The position numbers were made by a program, and so were the translations under genes. 64,000 nucleotides of DNA from positions 377,270,001-377,334,000 of the forward strand of contig OZ024741.1 in NCBI GenBank assembly GCA_964016885.1, read 5' to 3'. Of the stretch, positions 1-10,909 are shown piece after piece (within the stretch, counting starts at the first letter, position 1; each line of letters begins with the position of its first letter). The notes beneath the pieces are model-generated. The model worked only from the letters and a program-made list of their open reading frames with translations. It was not told the origin of the DNA and ran no database searches. The DNA comes from Eledone cirrhosa. Taxonomy: Eukaryota.

Positions 1-408
1 AGAATATTAGTCTACGACTTCTTTTATACCATAAACGTGGTTTTGTCTTTGCGTAAAATTGTTTTTCACCGCTCCAAATAATGCCGTATTATATTCGTTT
101 TTTCCCGTTCTTTACCAGGGAACATTTCCACGAACCAAAGTATCGTCCTCCTGTCTTCCTGCGGTTGCAACGTTTTTTGAAATATTAACTTCTGCTTTCA
201 CAGATTGAGTTCGTTACTTTCAGAAGATTCCGTTAAGGGTGAAAGCAGCGATTCTTTGCTGAAACTTTAATCTGTTATTTTAATAAATAAATATATATAT
301 ATAAATATATAGATATATACTTATTTGAGCATAGCTGTATGCACATATGTATTCCTATACCATATTTCTAAAGAAATATGGTATGTTTACAAATAAACCT
401 TTAGAAAG

Positions 409-587
409 ACGTAGCTATGCAAAACACCGGCAGCTATCACCTGTTTTCAAGTCCGGCATTTGCAAGAGCGGGTGATATCGTGATGATGAAAACCAGTTCA
501 GTTTGAAATCCATCGACGATTGTCCCCATTGCTTCTGATGGACACAGCTAGGTGGCGACAGCTGCGGGGGTTCTTGCATAGCTATGT
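409..587. mobile_element. Putative MITE-like element with imperfect terminal inverted repeats
   Basis: acgtagctatgcaaaacaccggcagct (from 409) is an imperfect reverse complement of agctgcgggggttcttgcatagctatgt (ending 587); the outer 14 bp match 13/14. No coding capacity recognised. Confidence 0.4.
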
Positions 588-1897
588 ACCATTAATTATT
601 TGGAATAGCAATTGCCAACTTTATTTTTGCGGCAAATATTCCGTGTCAACATATTAAGGAATTGTTTAACGTACTATTCCATTTCTTTTATTGAGATATG
701 AGCGCGATTTGAATGTTGTATGATCGTAAATTCTACAATATCAACTAGATATGTAAATTATTCGTCAGTGAAGACGTCATCGAACTATATTACATCCATG
801 CAATTCAATGGGTTATTGTAAGCTAAATGCTATGTCTTCAACATAGATTTAGTTGGGAATCGAAACTTCGTTGACATCTCCGAGTGTTTGATTTTTAAGT
901 ATACAACGTTTCTCAGTTTATGGCTTGATGTTATATTGTCTTATTGCATTGTATCGTATGGTACTGTTATTTTGAATTCATATTTTGGAAACATATCTTC
1001 ATGTATTTGCATTAACTTAATTGCTATTTGCTTTTACTCTTTCGATTTCTTCCAGTCTTTCACTACGCATTAATAATGACATGAACATATTTTAGAAACA
1101 GAGCAACGCCCACTTTCGTTGCATTGTCATTCTCATAAGACGTAAAAACAAAGTAACAATAAATACATTATCTTATATATTGAAAGCACACATATAAATT
1201 GGAATTCTTAATTAAGAATTCATTAAGGTTAAAGAATTGTTTTGTAATTCAGCAAACAGATAAATGCATAAATAAATATAACTAATTTGCAGTGAATATG
1301 TCAAATAAGAAAATTCCTCCAAATATTCGAAAAATCACATTTATATAGGATCATATAACTGAAGCTAAAATGATCATTTTGTTCTCTGAAATATCTCTGT
1401 ATTTACGAACATTTATAATCTTTAAACACTTAAACCGAACAAGACTCTGCGCGGAAGAATTTAACAAAATCAAATAATAAATTGATTTTTTTTTTAATAA
1501 ACAAAGCAAACCTAAGATATAAAATTTACAGTAAAAAGAAACACACAAATATAATGAAATGAATATTTGCTGCAACATTATTAGATTATTAAATATGAAA
1601 TTATGTGGAAATATTTCAATTTAAAAGTCCGTCGAAGAGAAATATTTATCTGTCTGTATTCATGTCGTGTCTGTTTTTATTATTGTTTATAGTTGAGTTA
1701 TATATATATATATATCATCTATTTTATAGAGTAGATAGGAAACATTAGAACCGTCGGTTAGATGCTGGCAACAAGTCAGTCTCTGGTTCACCATCCAGAT
1801 GAAAATGGGGGACATGGGCATGTGGGTAACTTAGGGTAAACTAGTTATCACAATTGCTTATATTTTTCGTAGTTTTCAGTGTTTTAAACACACACAC

Positions 1898-1941
<44 letters not shown>

Positions 1942-1947
1942 ATAAGA

Positions 1948-2056
1948 AAAGATTCAGAATCCCAAGGGCTGAGCTCCGGCCGTTTCTACAGCTAAATTAG
2001 AGTTCGGATCTAGCTGTCGAAAAAGCCGGAGTTCAGAAGTTGGGGTTTTGAATCTT
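1948..2056. repeat. Imperfect hairpin; degenerate relative of the hammerhead-bearing palindromic element at 6.3-7.2 kb
   Basis: aagattcagaatcccaa..gctgagctccggc..tttctacagcta pairs with tagctgtcgaaa..gccggagttcag..ttggggttttgaatctt. It shares gctgagctc..gccgtttc.ac.gcta with 6363-6388 and sits directly after a (TA)n tract. Confidence 0.6.
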
Positions 2057-2201
2057 CTCATATTACGCATTCTGCTACCCATGTATCGAATAATCAGGTG
2101 TGTTATGGTCCATCTAGTATCTTAACAGACATCTTTTCTATGTAGAAGAGATCGGACAGCGAAATGAAAAACATACATTTTTAGTCCCTTCCTTCCCAGC
2201 A

Positions 2202-2236
<35 letters not shown>

Positions 2237-2242
2237 AAAAAT

Positions 2243-2590
2243 GCTTTCTTTATTAACCACAAGGGTTTATATAAAGTAGCCATTAAGTACAGTACAGGAG
2301 AATACAGGACGGTACAAATAGGCATTTCTGCGTGTAAAAAAAACAGAGGATGTAATAAAAAATAACAATGAAAAATTCCCCAATAGGGGGAGACGTCCGA
2401 GGGACATTTGTGGAGAAAGCCCATTAATTGGCCACAGTGACCCTGACCACCAGGGCAAGTGCCCTCTCCCAGTTTTTCACCTTCAATTTACAGGCATATA
2501 CTCAGAGTAGGTCCATTCACTCGAGCCATTCTTGCCTCTCTCAGCCACCTTTCAACAAAATGCTCGGTGGAGAGCACTTCCCTCTCTATT
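2243..2590 (-). mobile_element. L1/Tx1-like LINE 3' fragment (ORF2 end plus 3' UTR)
   Basis: Reverse complement matches the 3' end of the 35-40 kb element (cccttgtggttaataaagaaa, gggcacttgccctggtg). It abuts an (AAT)n tract. Confidence 0.85.
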
Positions 2591-2990
2591 TGGTAATTTT
2601 AAATCTGTAACAATATCATTAAAAATGTTATTGTTCCTCTTTTCCTTAGTAATATTTTCGTTTATATTTACCTCCGCTGGAACGCTGTCTTGTTGACATG
2701 CTGATACATTCTCCCTCTCTCTGTATTGTCTGACAGCGCTCTCACTCTTTCTTGTGTTATCCATGTTGAAATTTGTTTTCAAAAAACATGTTTACAGAAA
2801 TACGACACCCCGTAAAGGGTTGCCGTATTATTTACAAGTGAAACCCAGTATTAGGTGGGTCACTTCAAATCTTTTATCAAATTTAAAACTTGAATAAATG
2901 CTTTAGAACGGTTGAAAACGATGCAAAACGTTGAAAAAAACTGGAGGCGATAAGAAGCGTGGCTTCAACAACAATAATAATAATGATCAT

Positions 2991-3175
2991 AATTGTTTCT
3001 ACTTTTGGCATAAGGCCAGCAATACCCCAGTACATTACTGGTACTTTATTTTATCGACCCCGTAAGGATGAAAGGCAAAGTTAACCTGGGCGGGATTTGA
3101 ACTCAGACCCTAAGGGGACGTAACTATGCTAGAATGCATCGCGTCCAACCCTCTACCGATACTACCAATTCACCC
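2991..3175 (-). mobile_element. tRNA-derived SINE with Meta/MESC-like core, copy 1
   Basis: Minus strand has a B-box-like gagttcaaatccc, the core tttgcctttcatccttacggggtcgataaaataaagtaccag and an (ATT)n tail. The family recurs about 8 times in the window. Confidence 0.85.
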
Positions 3176-3183
3176 AATAATAG

Positions 3184-3997
3184 CACCTTCTTTAAGAAAA
3201 CGGAATTTAGAGATCCACAGACATGGAACTGGTTAAAAAGAGGATACCTTAAAAAGGCTACAGAAGGAATGCTAATGGCTGCGCATGATCAGACACTCAA
3301 AACGAGGTGGGTGAAACACCATATTTACAAGGAGGAGGCTAGCCCACTGTGTAGGATCTGTAGAGAGAGAGAGGAAACTAAGGCTCACATTGTATCCGAG
3401 TTTTAACACCTAGTTCAGACTCACTATAAAGGTTGGAGACATATTGTGATAGGCAGGGTGATTCACTGGCATCTATGCAAAGCAAACAATTTAACACATT
3501 CTGAGAAGTGGTATGAGTATAAGCCAGAGTCGGTGATAGAAAACGATCAGGTGAAGGTGCTATGGGATTTTAGGATACAGACGAACAAGAAATTAGAACA
3601 CAATAGGCCTGACCTTGTGGTTTTGGACAAGGAAAAATATCGTGCCTGATTGTAGATGTAGCCTGCCCATTTGGCACGAGAGTGCAAGAAAAGGAGAGGG
3701 AGAAAATTAACTGATACCAGGATTTAAAGTGGGAGTTGAAAAGGATTTGAAACTGCCATGAAATCAAGGTCGTCCCGATTGTCAAAGGTCTAGTAGGTAC
3801 TATCTCAAGGAGTTTCCAAGGATAGTTAAAGACGATTAGTCCAGTCCCGCTTTTTGGAACATTTCAAAAGGCATGCTTGCTGGAACATCAAGAACCCTCC
3901 GATACGTCCTGAATGTGTGAGACTGCAGGTAGTGGCTTGATATTCATTTCAACAAACCTTCCATTTCATTCACATCAATGACTGAGACTCAAAGAAC
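3184..3997 (+). mobile_element. R4/Dong-clade non-LTR retrotransposon, 5'-truncated decayed 3' fragment
   Basis: Broken ORFs give CRICREREETKAHIVSE (zinc knuckle) and HNRPDLVVLD (REL nuclease), homologous to ORF 45503-48892. It ends in an (AAT)n tail. Confidence 0.92.
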
Positions 3998-4305
3998 AAT
4001 AATAATAATAGTAGTAATAAACAAATGAGACGGTTACTTTAGTTCTTCCCTCTTTATTTTATTATACGTATTTCAATGATGAATGGCTTCTATATAAAAT
4101 CAGTTAAAAGTGTTCTCTCTGTCAAAGTGTATTTACATCTCCTGTGGAATTTATCTGAAGTGAACAGGTTTGACTGATGTTATACATAAGCCATTAATCT
4201 TTGAAATAGGTATAATAAAATAAATATATATTATTATTATAATAAAACTCCGGATAAACATAAAACGTTGAGTGCTTGACATTTGTTATATAAAAACCGA
4301 GGTCT

Positions 4306-5090
4306 TTATACATCGGACAAAGAGGACGCCGTATGGGGGACCGTTTTGCTGAACATTTAAGGGACATACGACTCGGTTTGGATAATCCTGTCGCCCGTAA
4401 TTTCTGTTGTCCTGGTCATTCTTCCCTACATATCTCAGTCATGGGTGTCCTTTTACATCATGGATTACAGGCCTCGCCCACCAGGGCTGAAAATAGTATG
4501 TTTCACTGCCTTGCGTCCAATCCCCTCTTGGACTCAACTCACCTCCACAATTCCTTTAATAGCCCGTGCATTATCACAGGCGCTTGTACATTCACCCATC
4601 GATTCCTATCGTTCTATCATGATCATAAACATCTGTTACAAATAATACAGACCGACAAAATATGCATACTCCACTGTTCCCTTCACTGTTAATATTAATA
4701 TACTTTTACTCATAGCTTCGTACGGACGTATAATAACACACATACATACACATACACACATACACACACATGCTAACGCACTTGCACAAGTATAGTTCTT
4801 TTACGAAACGGTCTTTTTCCATTTCAGGTCGAAGCGCTCCCTCATCCACTTATCTAACAAAGTATATCATACACAAAACGCCAGCACCAACATTTTCCCA
4901 AGAGATGTTAACATTTTTCCAATTCCAACCCGCCCGTCCCCTCAATCTATCTTATTTCTCATTCTTTCTCTGATGAAGGACTAGCGTCCGAAATATCAAG
5001 ACCCTCTTACTGCTATTTCAAGTGTTAACCTAATATATTCCTTCAATATACTGTACGATTCTGTTGTTATTTCTGTTTAGCTTTTACACA
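4306..5090 (+). mobile_element. Penelope-like element 3' fragment: GIY-YIG endonuclease remnant plus hammerhead-containing terminal repeat
   Basis: The frame from 4306 reads LYIGQRGRRMGDRFAEHLRDIR..NPVARNF..PGHS, the YIG...RF.EH motif of PLE GIY-YIG domains. A hammerhead core lies downstream at 4970, and the element ends at (CA)n. Confidence 0.8.
4966..5001 (+). ncRNA. Minimal type I hammerhead ribozyme (PLE type)
   Basis: CTGATGA (4970-4976), A, stem II GGAC-tagc-GTCC, GAAA, then T-ATC (minimal palindromic stem III, AUC triplet), then AAGA pairing loosely with the upstream TTCT. Confidence 0.65.
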
Positions 5091-5128
5091 CACACATTCT
5101 CACACACACACACACACGCATACACACA

Positions 5129-5167
<39 letters not shown>

Positions 5168-5240
5168 ACACACACACACACACACAAACGCACGCACACA
5201 TACGCGCGCATATATATGAATGTGTGTGTGTGTGTGTGTG
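5087..5240. repeat. (CA)n/(TG)n microsatellite
   Basis: Directly visible. Confidence 0.95.
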
Positions 5241-5867
5241 TATATATCCCCACATTATGTCCTTAGTGAAGTCATGCTACTCCTTGAAGCATTACGACCA
5301 ACCCCAGTCAGTCAGCCAGAGCTGCTGCCGTTTGCTGACCGAGTAGCAGTTAATGCTACACGTGGGATACCGAAAATGTAGTGATATGGTTGATTTTGCA
5401 AACCCCTGGCAAGACTGCTGGCCGATAATAGTTCCTTTGGCCGGAATTTGCTGTTTATGGATTTATTATTAGTCCATGATCATCGATTCCCCACGAAATT
5501 TGAAGCAGTACTGCAGCACCGTCGACATGGATTATGTACACCGGCGGAATTATGTGTGCTAAACGAAAAACGTACTGGCTGTTTCAATTGATGGGATTGT
5601 TAGCACTTTAATGTTGTCATATTTTAATCTGCTGATACACTAATTGCATAGTTCTTATAGCTTAGTCTTCTGGCAGGTAAAGATGTATTACAATTACTGC
5701 AATATCTGAGCTCCAGAGGAGTTTGTTGAAAACATTGCAAACAATGGGATCGAAATCATTATGTATCGATCTAAATAAAGCCTAGCTATACGTTTCCTAG
5801 ACGAAATGTAATTGATTGACTCATTATAATATGTATATATAAATAGATCTGTTATTTTTCTTTGAAA

Positions 5868-6060
5868 CAAACATTTTTTTCAAATTCCACCCCGACAGCC
5901 CATTCAATCTTTTTAATTTCTAATTCTTTCTTCTGATGAAAGACTAGCGTCCCAAACGTTAAGACACTATGGCTGCTATTTCAATAGTTAACCTAATATA
6001 TTACGTTCAAATACTGTACCGATTGTGTTGTTATTTCTGTTTACCTTTTACAAGCACACA
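5868..6060 (+). repeat. Second, diverged copy of the PLE terminal repeat (cf. 4908-5090) with a mutated hammerhead
   Basis: ttctgatgaaagactagcgtcccaaacgttaagac..ctgctatttcaa..gttaacctaatatatt..tgttgttatttctgttta.cttttaca aligns to 4908-5090. GAAA is mutated to CAAA. Confidence 0.8.
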
Positions 6061-6065
6061 CACAC

Positions 6066-6112
<47 letters not shown>

Positions 6113-6193
6113 AAATTAAGATAATCAAAATCTCATGTGATTATTCATGTTTATTTATATGTTAATCAATTTCTAGTTATTATATATATATAT

Positions 6194-6258
<65 letters not shown>

Positions 6259-6354
6259 TATAACGAAGGAAATGTGGTAAGGAACCAGGTGGACCATAAC
6301 GCACCAAAGTACTCAATACTTGAGGTAGTAGAGTGGGTAATAGGAACAAGTAAG

Positions 6355-6447
6355 ACCCGACAGCTGAGCTCAAGCCGTTTCGACGGCTAATTCTGGACTA
6401 AATGAAAATTTATCCTGCTATTTAAATAGCCGATCTTCTCAAGGGGT
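6355..6447 (-). ncRNA. Type I hammerhead ribozyme, U3-A8 core variant (minus-strand copy)
   Basis: Reverse complement of the 7127-7220 motif, with one fewer G in the 3' strand of stem I. Confidence 0.65.
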
Positions 6448-7126
6448 AATTCCATATATGGTCAAAGTGATTGTCAAAAATCAGTAGTAATTCTGTGGTT
6501 GCAAATTAGTAGGGGAGATGGTGGCTAAACCTGCCAGTAGGAGAAAGAGGGGAGGGGGTGGAGTAGACCCAATCAAGCGTTGGTAGTGCCAGCTACAGCT
6601 GGGCATGAGGTCAAAGAAGATACAGGGGAGGGGGAGGGGGAGGAAGTCGGAACGGTAGGTAAAACAATGGGGGGTAGAAATATATATGAAAGAAAAAATA
6701 CTGAGAGTGAAGAAAAGCAAATAAGTGTAAAGAAAAAGTAAAGTAAATTAAATTCTACGACCTAGGTCTCAGGCTATTGTTAGGCTAGCAATAGCCTCAG
6801 ACCTAGGTCGTAGAATTTAATTTACTTTACTTTTTCTTTACACTTATTTGCTTTTCTTCACTCTCAGTATTTTTTCTTTCATATATATTTCTACCCCCCA
6901 TTGTTCTACCTACCGTTCCGATTTCCTCCCCCTCCCCCTCCCCCTCCCCTGTATCTTCTTTGACCTCATGCCCAGCTGTAGCTGGCACTACCAACGCTTG
7001 ATTGGGTCTACTCCACCCCCTCCCCTCTTTCTCCTACTGGCAGGTTTAGCCACCATCTCCCCTACTAATTTGCAACCACAGAATTACTACTGATTTTTGA
7101 CAATCACTTTGACCATATATGGAATT

Positions 7127-7220
7127 ACCCCTTGAGAAGATCGGCTATTTAAATACCAGGATAAATTTTCATTTAGTCCAGAATTAGCCGTCGAAACGGC
7201 TTGAGCTCAGCTGTCGGGGT
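7127..7220 (+). ncRNA. Type I hammerhead ribozyme, U3-A8 core variant, long stem II
   Basis: Stem I ACCCC, core TTGAGAA (7132-7138), stem II GATCGGCTA...TAGCCGTC, GAAAC (7193), stem III GGCT-tgagctc-AGCT, GTC (7213-7215), stem I' GGGGT. Confidence 0.75.
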
Positions 7221-7233
7221 CTTACTGGTTCCT

Positions 7234-7264
<31 letters not shown>

Positions 7265-8422
7265 CATGTGTGTGTGTCTGTCTGTGTGTGTATATATATA
7301 TACACATATTTATACTTTGTTTCTTCCTATCAAATTCAATTCGCAGCTCTTTGGTAAAAGTACCTGCATCAGTTGTAGGAAACAGTAATTCAAGGAAAAA
7401 TGCAATGGTACGAAACTAGAATCTACCAGATTGAATGACATATCACTAACCACTACTTACAATCCTCATAAAGGGAATGGTCATTCAGACCACGTTAACA
7501 TGATTGTTATTCATATGAGCCTCATTTTATTTCAATGTATGTACTCGCAGATAGATTGTTCTGATTATACATTGATATTTATGGTGTCTAGTTAATTTGG
7601 GTTAAACTGTGATGCGTATGGTCTTCTCTTGTACAGGTTCTCATGATACCTAATTGGTATTTCCTGACCGATGGAGTTACGCTCACGACTCCTTAAACCA
7701 ATTCCGCATCTATAGTTTGGTTTTGACATTACATATCGTGAGAGGAATCAGAGATCTAGGAATATTATAATTTCCATTGTGTAATATAAATAGTGTTTTT
7801 GTTGTCCTTTTCTATATCTATTTAATAATACGTTCATATAATAATATCCATCTACATTTTCTTAATATGTTTTGTCAAACGTTCCGTTATATTTTCACAA
7901 GTTCTATTTATGTTTACTTTATAAATAAGGAAAGGTGTATTTATACTCATCGCCCTTTTCAGGAACGTCGAAACATTGCACGAGAGGAAGTTATCCTTAA
8001 ATAGGTGACAGAGCATGAATGCTTAAAACAGAGGGAATCTCATATAAAAGTAAACTATATAGGGTTTCGAACTCAGAACTGCATATGCAAGACAACATGC
8101 CGTAAACCAATGCGTACGATGCTTTAATAATTCTCTCACTCGGGAATGGTAGTTTACTTTATCTAAATTATGAAAGGCAAAAAATAGGTGATGTTTGATT
8201 GAATATGAATTTAGAATGAAATGTGCTACTAAAAATCGACAAGGGCATATTGTCCTACATTTTAACTATTTTACATTATATCGCCAACAATCTAAACGTG
8301 ACATGTATAGCACTTTTTATTCTTGTCACCCCTTGCCAATAATCTAAGTCAATATCAGGTAGACGAAATTGCTTTCAGACTTATATCTTATCCTTCCTAT
8401 TCCTTTCCATGTTCTCATAATT

Positions 8423-8470
8423 ATTGTTTCTACTTTAGGCACAAGGCCAGCAATTACCCAGTGCATTAAT
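8423..8470 (-). mobile_element. SINE 3' fragment (Meta-like family)
   Basis: attgtttctactttaggcacaaggccagcaattacccagtgcatta matches the 3' end of the other copies. Confidence 0.75.
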
Positions 8471-9732
8471 ACTGAGGTCAAGTTACATGCTTAACTTCAG
8501 AATATAATATGACCACCCACATAATTTACAAATCCAATCCAATACAATCCATATTCTGTCTCCAGTAGCTTTCGAAACAGAAATTGTCCTCGGTCTCGGA
8601 AGATTTAAAACACAATATCTCTGACTCCATCTGCCGTATTGATAAACGTACTGAATAAATATCCATTCATATCTAAAGCTTAAAACCGAATCTCTTGGGA
8701 AATTCAAATGTTTGTTCTGCACAAAAGAAAATGCATGGTACGTTATACTGAGTATAATAAGGATTCAAAGAAGACATGTTTTGTTTATATTTTGCTTTCG
8801 TTGAAGATAAGTATTATTAAATTTCTTTGTTATGAAATGAGATTCGTGGATACGTCGTGAAATGATATGTTTACTTGCATTACATATCAACTTTGAAACT
8901 TAAAATGAAATGTATTAGAAATATTATATATAAACGAATTGAATTTGAATGTTTCATATATAACGTATATGGACGTAAATTTTAACGTGTATGTCCACAT
9001 ATTTCATTCATTTCCAAGTAGAGAAATCACTCCATATGTATAAAATAAAATTATTTCCTGATGAAATACTAAAGAAACAATAAATTACAGACAGATAATA
9101 CTTTTTTATAGACAGATAATTCTTTCTTTATCATAAAGTGGGAAATTGGCTGACATGCAGAAAAGAAATACAAAAGTCAAAATTGATTTTCATTAAACAT
9201 TATGTCTTCTTCCAAGTGAAGGCTATTTTAAATGAAAACTATATCAAAAAGGCCATTTTTGCTTCTGTACAGACACTCTGAGGCTTCGCATCATTGTAAT
9301 ATTAAGTTATCGTTAATACCAACAAAGTTTGCGTAACTTAAACTCTTAGAATATGAACGGCTTAGCTGGTATTGTAATATTTCTTTCATAATCAATGATT
9401 ATAAAAGAAAGAAATGAGGAAACCATGAATAACAAACTTGTCGAATATTAGGTAAACAAAATGTAGTTGATACACACTACGTAATAAAGTTCACATTGGG
9501 GTCATAATATATTATTTATAATTATTTTAAAAAAAACTCTGTCTCCTAAAAATGAAAGGGTGATATTTTCTATTTTATTTGCTCAGCTAACTGTCGATTC
9601 ATTATATGACCTGAAATATATTACATTATCACCCCCTTAACAAAAGTAATTTAATATATATTGAAATATTCAAGCAGAATATACATGGTTGTGTTTGCTG
9701 AAATATTTATGGTAGGCATTACTGCCTTTGAT

Positions 9733-9916
9733 AATTGTTTCTACTTTAGGCACAAGGCCAGAAATTACCCATTACATTACTGGTACTTTATTTTATCGAC
9801 CCCGTAAGGATGAAAGGGAAAGTTAACCTCGGCGGGATTTGAACTCAGAATGGCAAGGGCCGTAACTCTATACGTCAAAGCATGGCGTCCGACCCTCTAC
9901 CAATACTGCCAATCCA
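9733..9916 (-). mobile_element. tRNA-derived SINE (Meta-like core)
   Basis: Near full-length copy homologous to 10708-10897. Confidence 0.88.
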
Positions 9917-10539
9917 ATGAAACTCAGTTGTAATGTAAGAATGAATCCTGCATTGATGTTTAGTCATATTGAATCATGGATGTTTATATGTTCCAAATAA
10001 TTATGGGCAATGATCTCTTCAGTATGCTTTATAGAACGGCCAACTAATACGGAAGGAAGTTAATTTATATCAACAATCTGTTAGAATAAGCTGCTCACAA
10101 TATAAAATATAAAATATATTGAAACGAATTTTGAATTCCAGAAAATATCTCTTGAAATGCATACACTATTTAACGGTTTTTATACTTTCTGAAAGTGTGT
10201 CAGTATTTTAACCAATTCTCAGTAGAAAATGATTAATTTCAAAACCTATTATACGATGTCATAGCAAATAAATCAGGAAGCAAAAACACGTCCTGTGTCT
10301 TTTCAAATTAAATAACATTCATTTGTGGGGAATATAATAATTTCCTACCATTACAGATCCATTATGCTGCATAGGCAGCAAATTCGATTTCTTAATTACA
10401 GAAAGATATCCACAGCAAGCACATTGACACATGTGATGTTACAAATAAATATTCAAAAGTTCAGGCGATGACAATTTACTCACGGAATATACGAGCGAAA
10501 GAATGATTAAATAGTTTTAAAATAAGTATTAGCGTTGTT

Positions 10540-10582
10540 GCTGCTGCTACTGCTGCTACTGCTGCTCCTGCTGCTGCTACTG

Positions 10583-10661
<79 letters not shown>

Positions 10662-10708
10662 CACTACTACTACTACTACTACTACTAATGATAATAATAA
10701 TAATAATA
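10540..10708. repeat. Compound (CTG)/(CTA)n/(ATA)n microsatellite
   Basis: Directly visible; the source of spurious poly-V/S/L ORFs. Confidence 0.95.
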
Positions 10709-10897
10709 ATTGTTTCTACTTTTTGGCACAAGGCCAGCAATTATCCCAGTACATTACTGGTACTTTATTTTATCGACCCCGTAAGGATGAAAGGCAAAGT
10801 TAACCTCGGCAGGATTTGAACTCAGAATGGCAAGGGCCGTAACTATGCGTCAAAGCATGGCGTCCGACCCTCTACCGATACTGCCAAACCCCCGCCC
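10708..10897 (-). mobile_element. tRNA-derived SINE (Meta-like core), full length
   Basis: Minus strand begins ggcgggggtttggcagtatcggtaga (A-box-like), then gagttcaaatcc (B-box-like), the core and an (ATT)n tail. Confidence 0.88.
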
Positions 10898-10909
10898 TTA
10901 ATAATAATG

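Larger units (their letters stand above)
6261..7233. mobile_element. Non-coding palindromic element (arms ~6341-6783 and 6785-7233) inserted in (TA)n; likely derived from an inverted PLE pseudo-LTR
   Basis: Near-perfect inverted repeat centred on 6784 (..ggctattgttag-g-ctagcaatagcc..). Mirror ORFs 6481-6720(-) and 6848-7093(+) confirm the symmetry. (TA)n on both sides. Confidence 0.9.

Noticed and set aside
6481-7093. Twin 79/81-aa hydrophobic ORFs on opposite strands
   Set aside because: A consequence of the palindrome and low-complexity purine/pyrimidine tracts; non-ATG starts and no domain.
8483-8722. 79-aa minus-strand ORF with a good acceptor site
   Set aside because: No recognisable domain or consistent exon chain, so not annotated as CDS.
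10476-10819. Poly-V, poly-S and poly-L ORFs
   Set aside because: Trinucleotide microsatellite plus SINE sequence.
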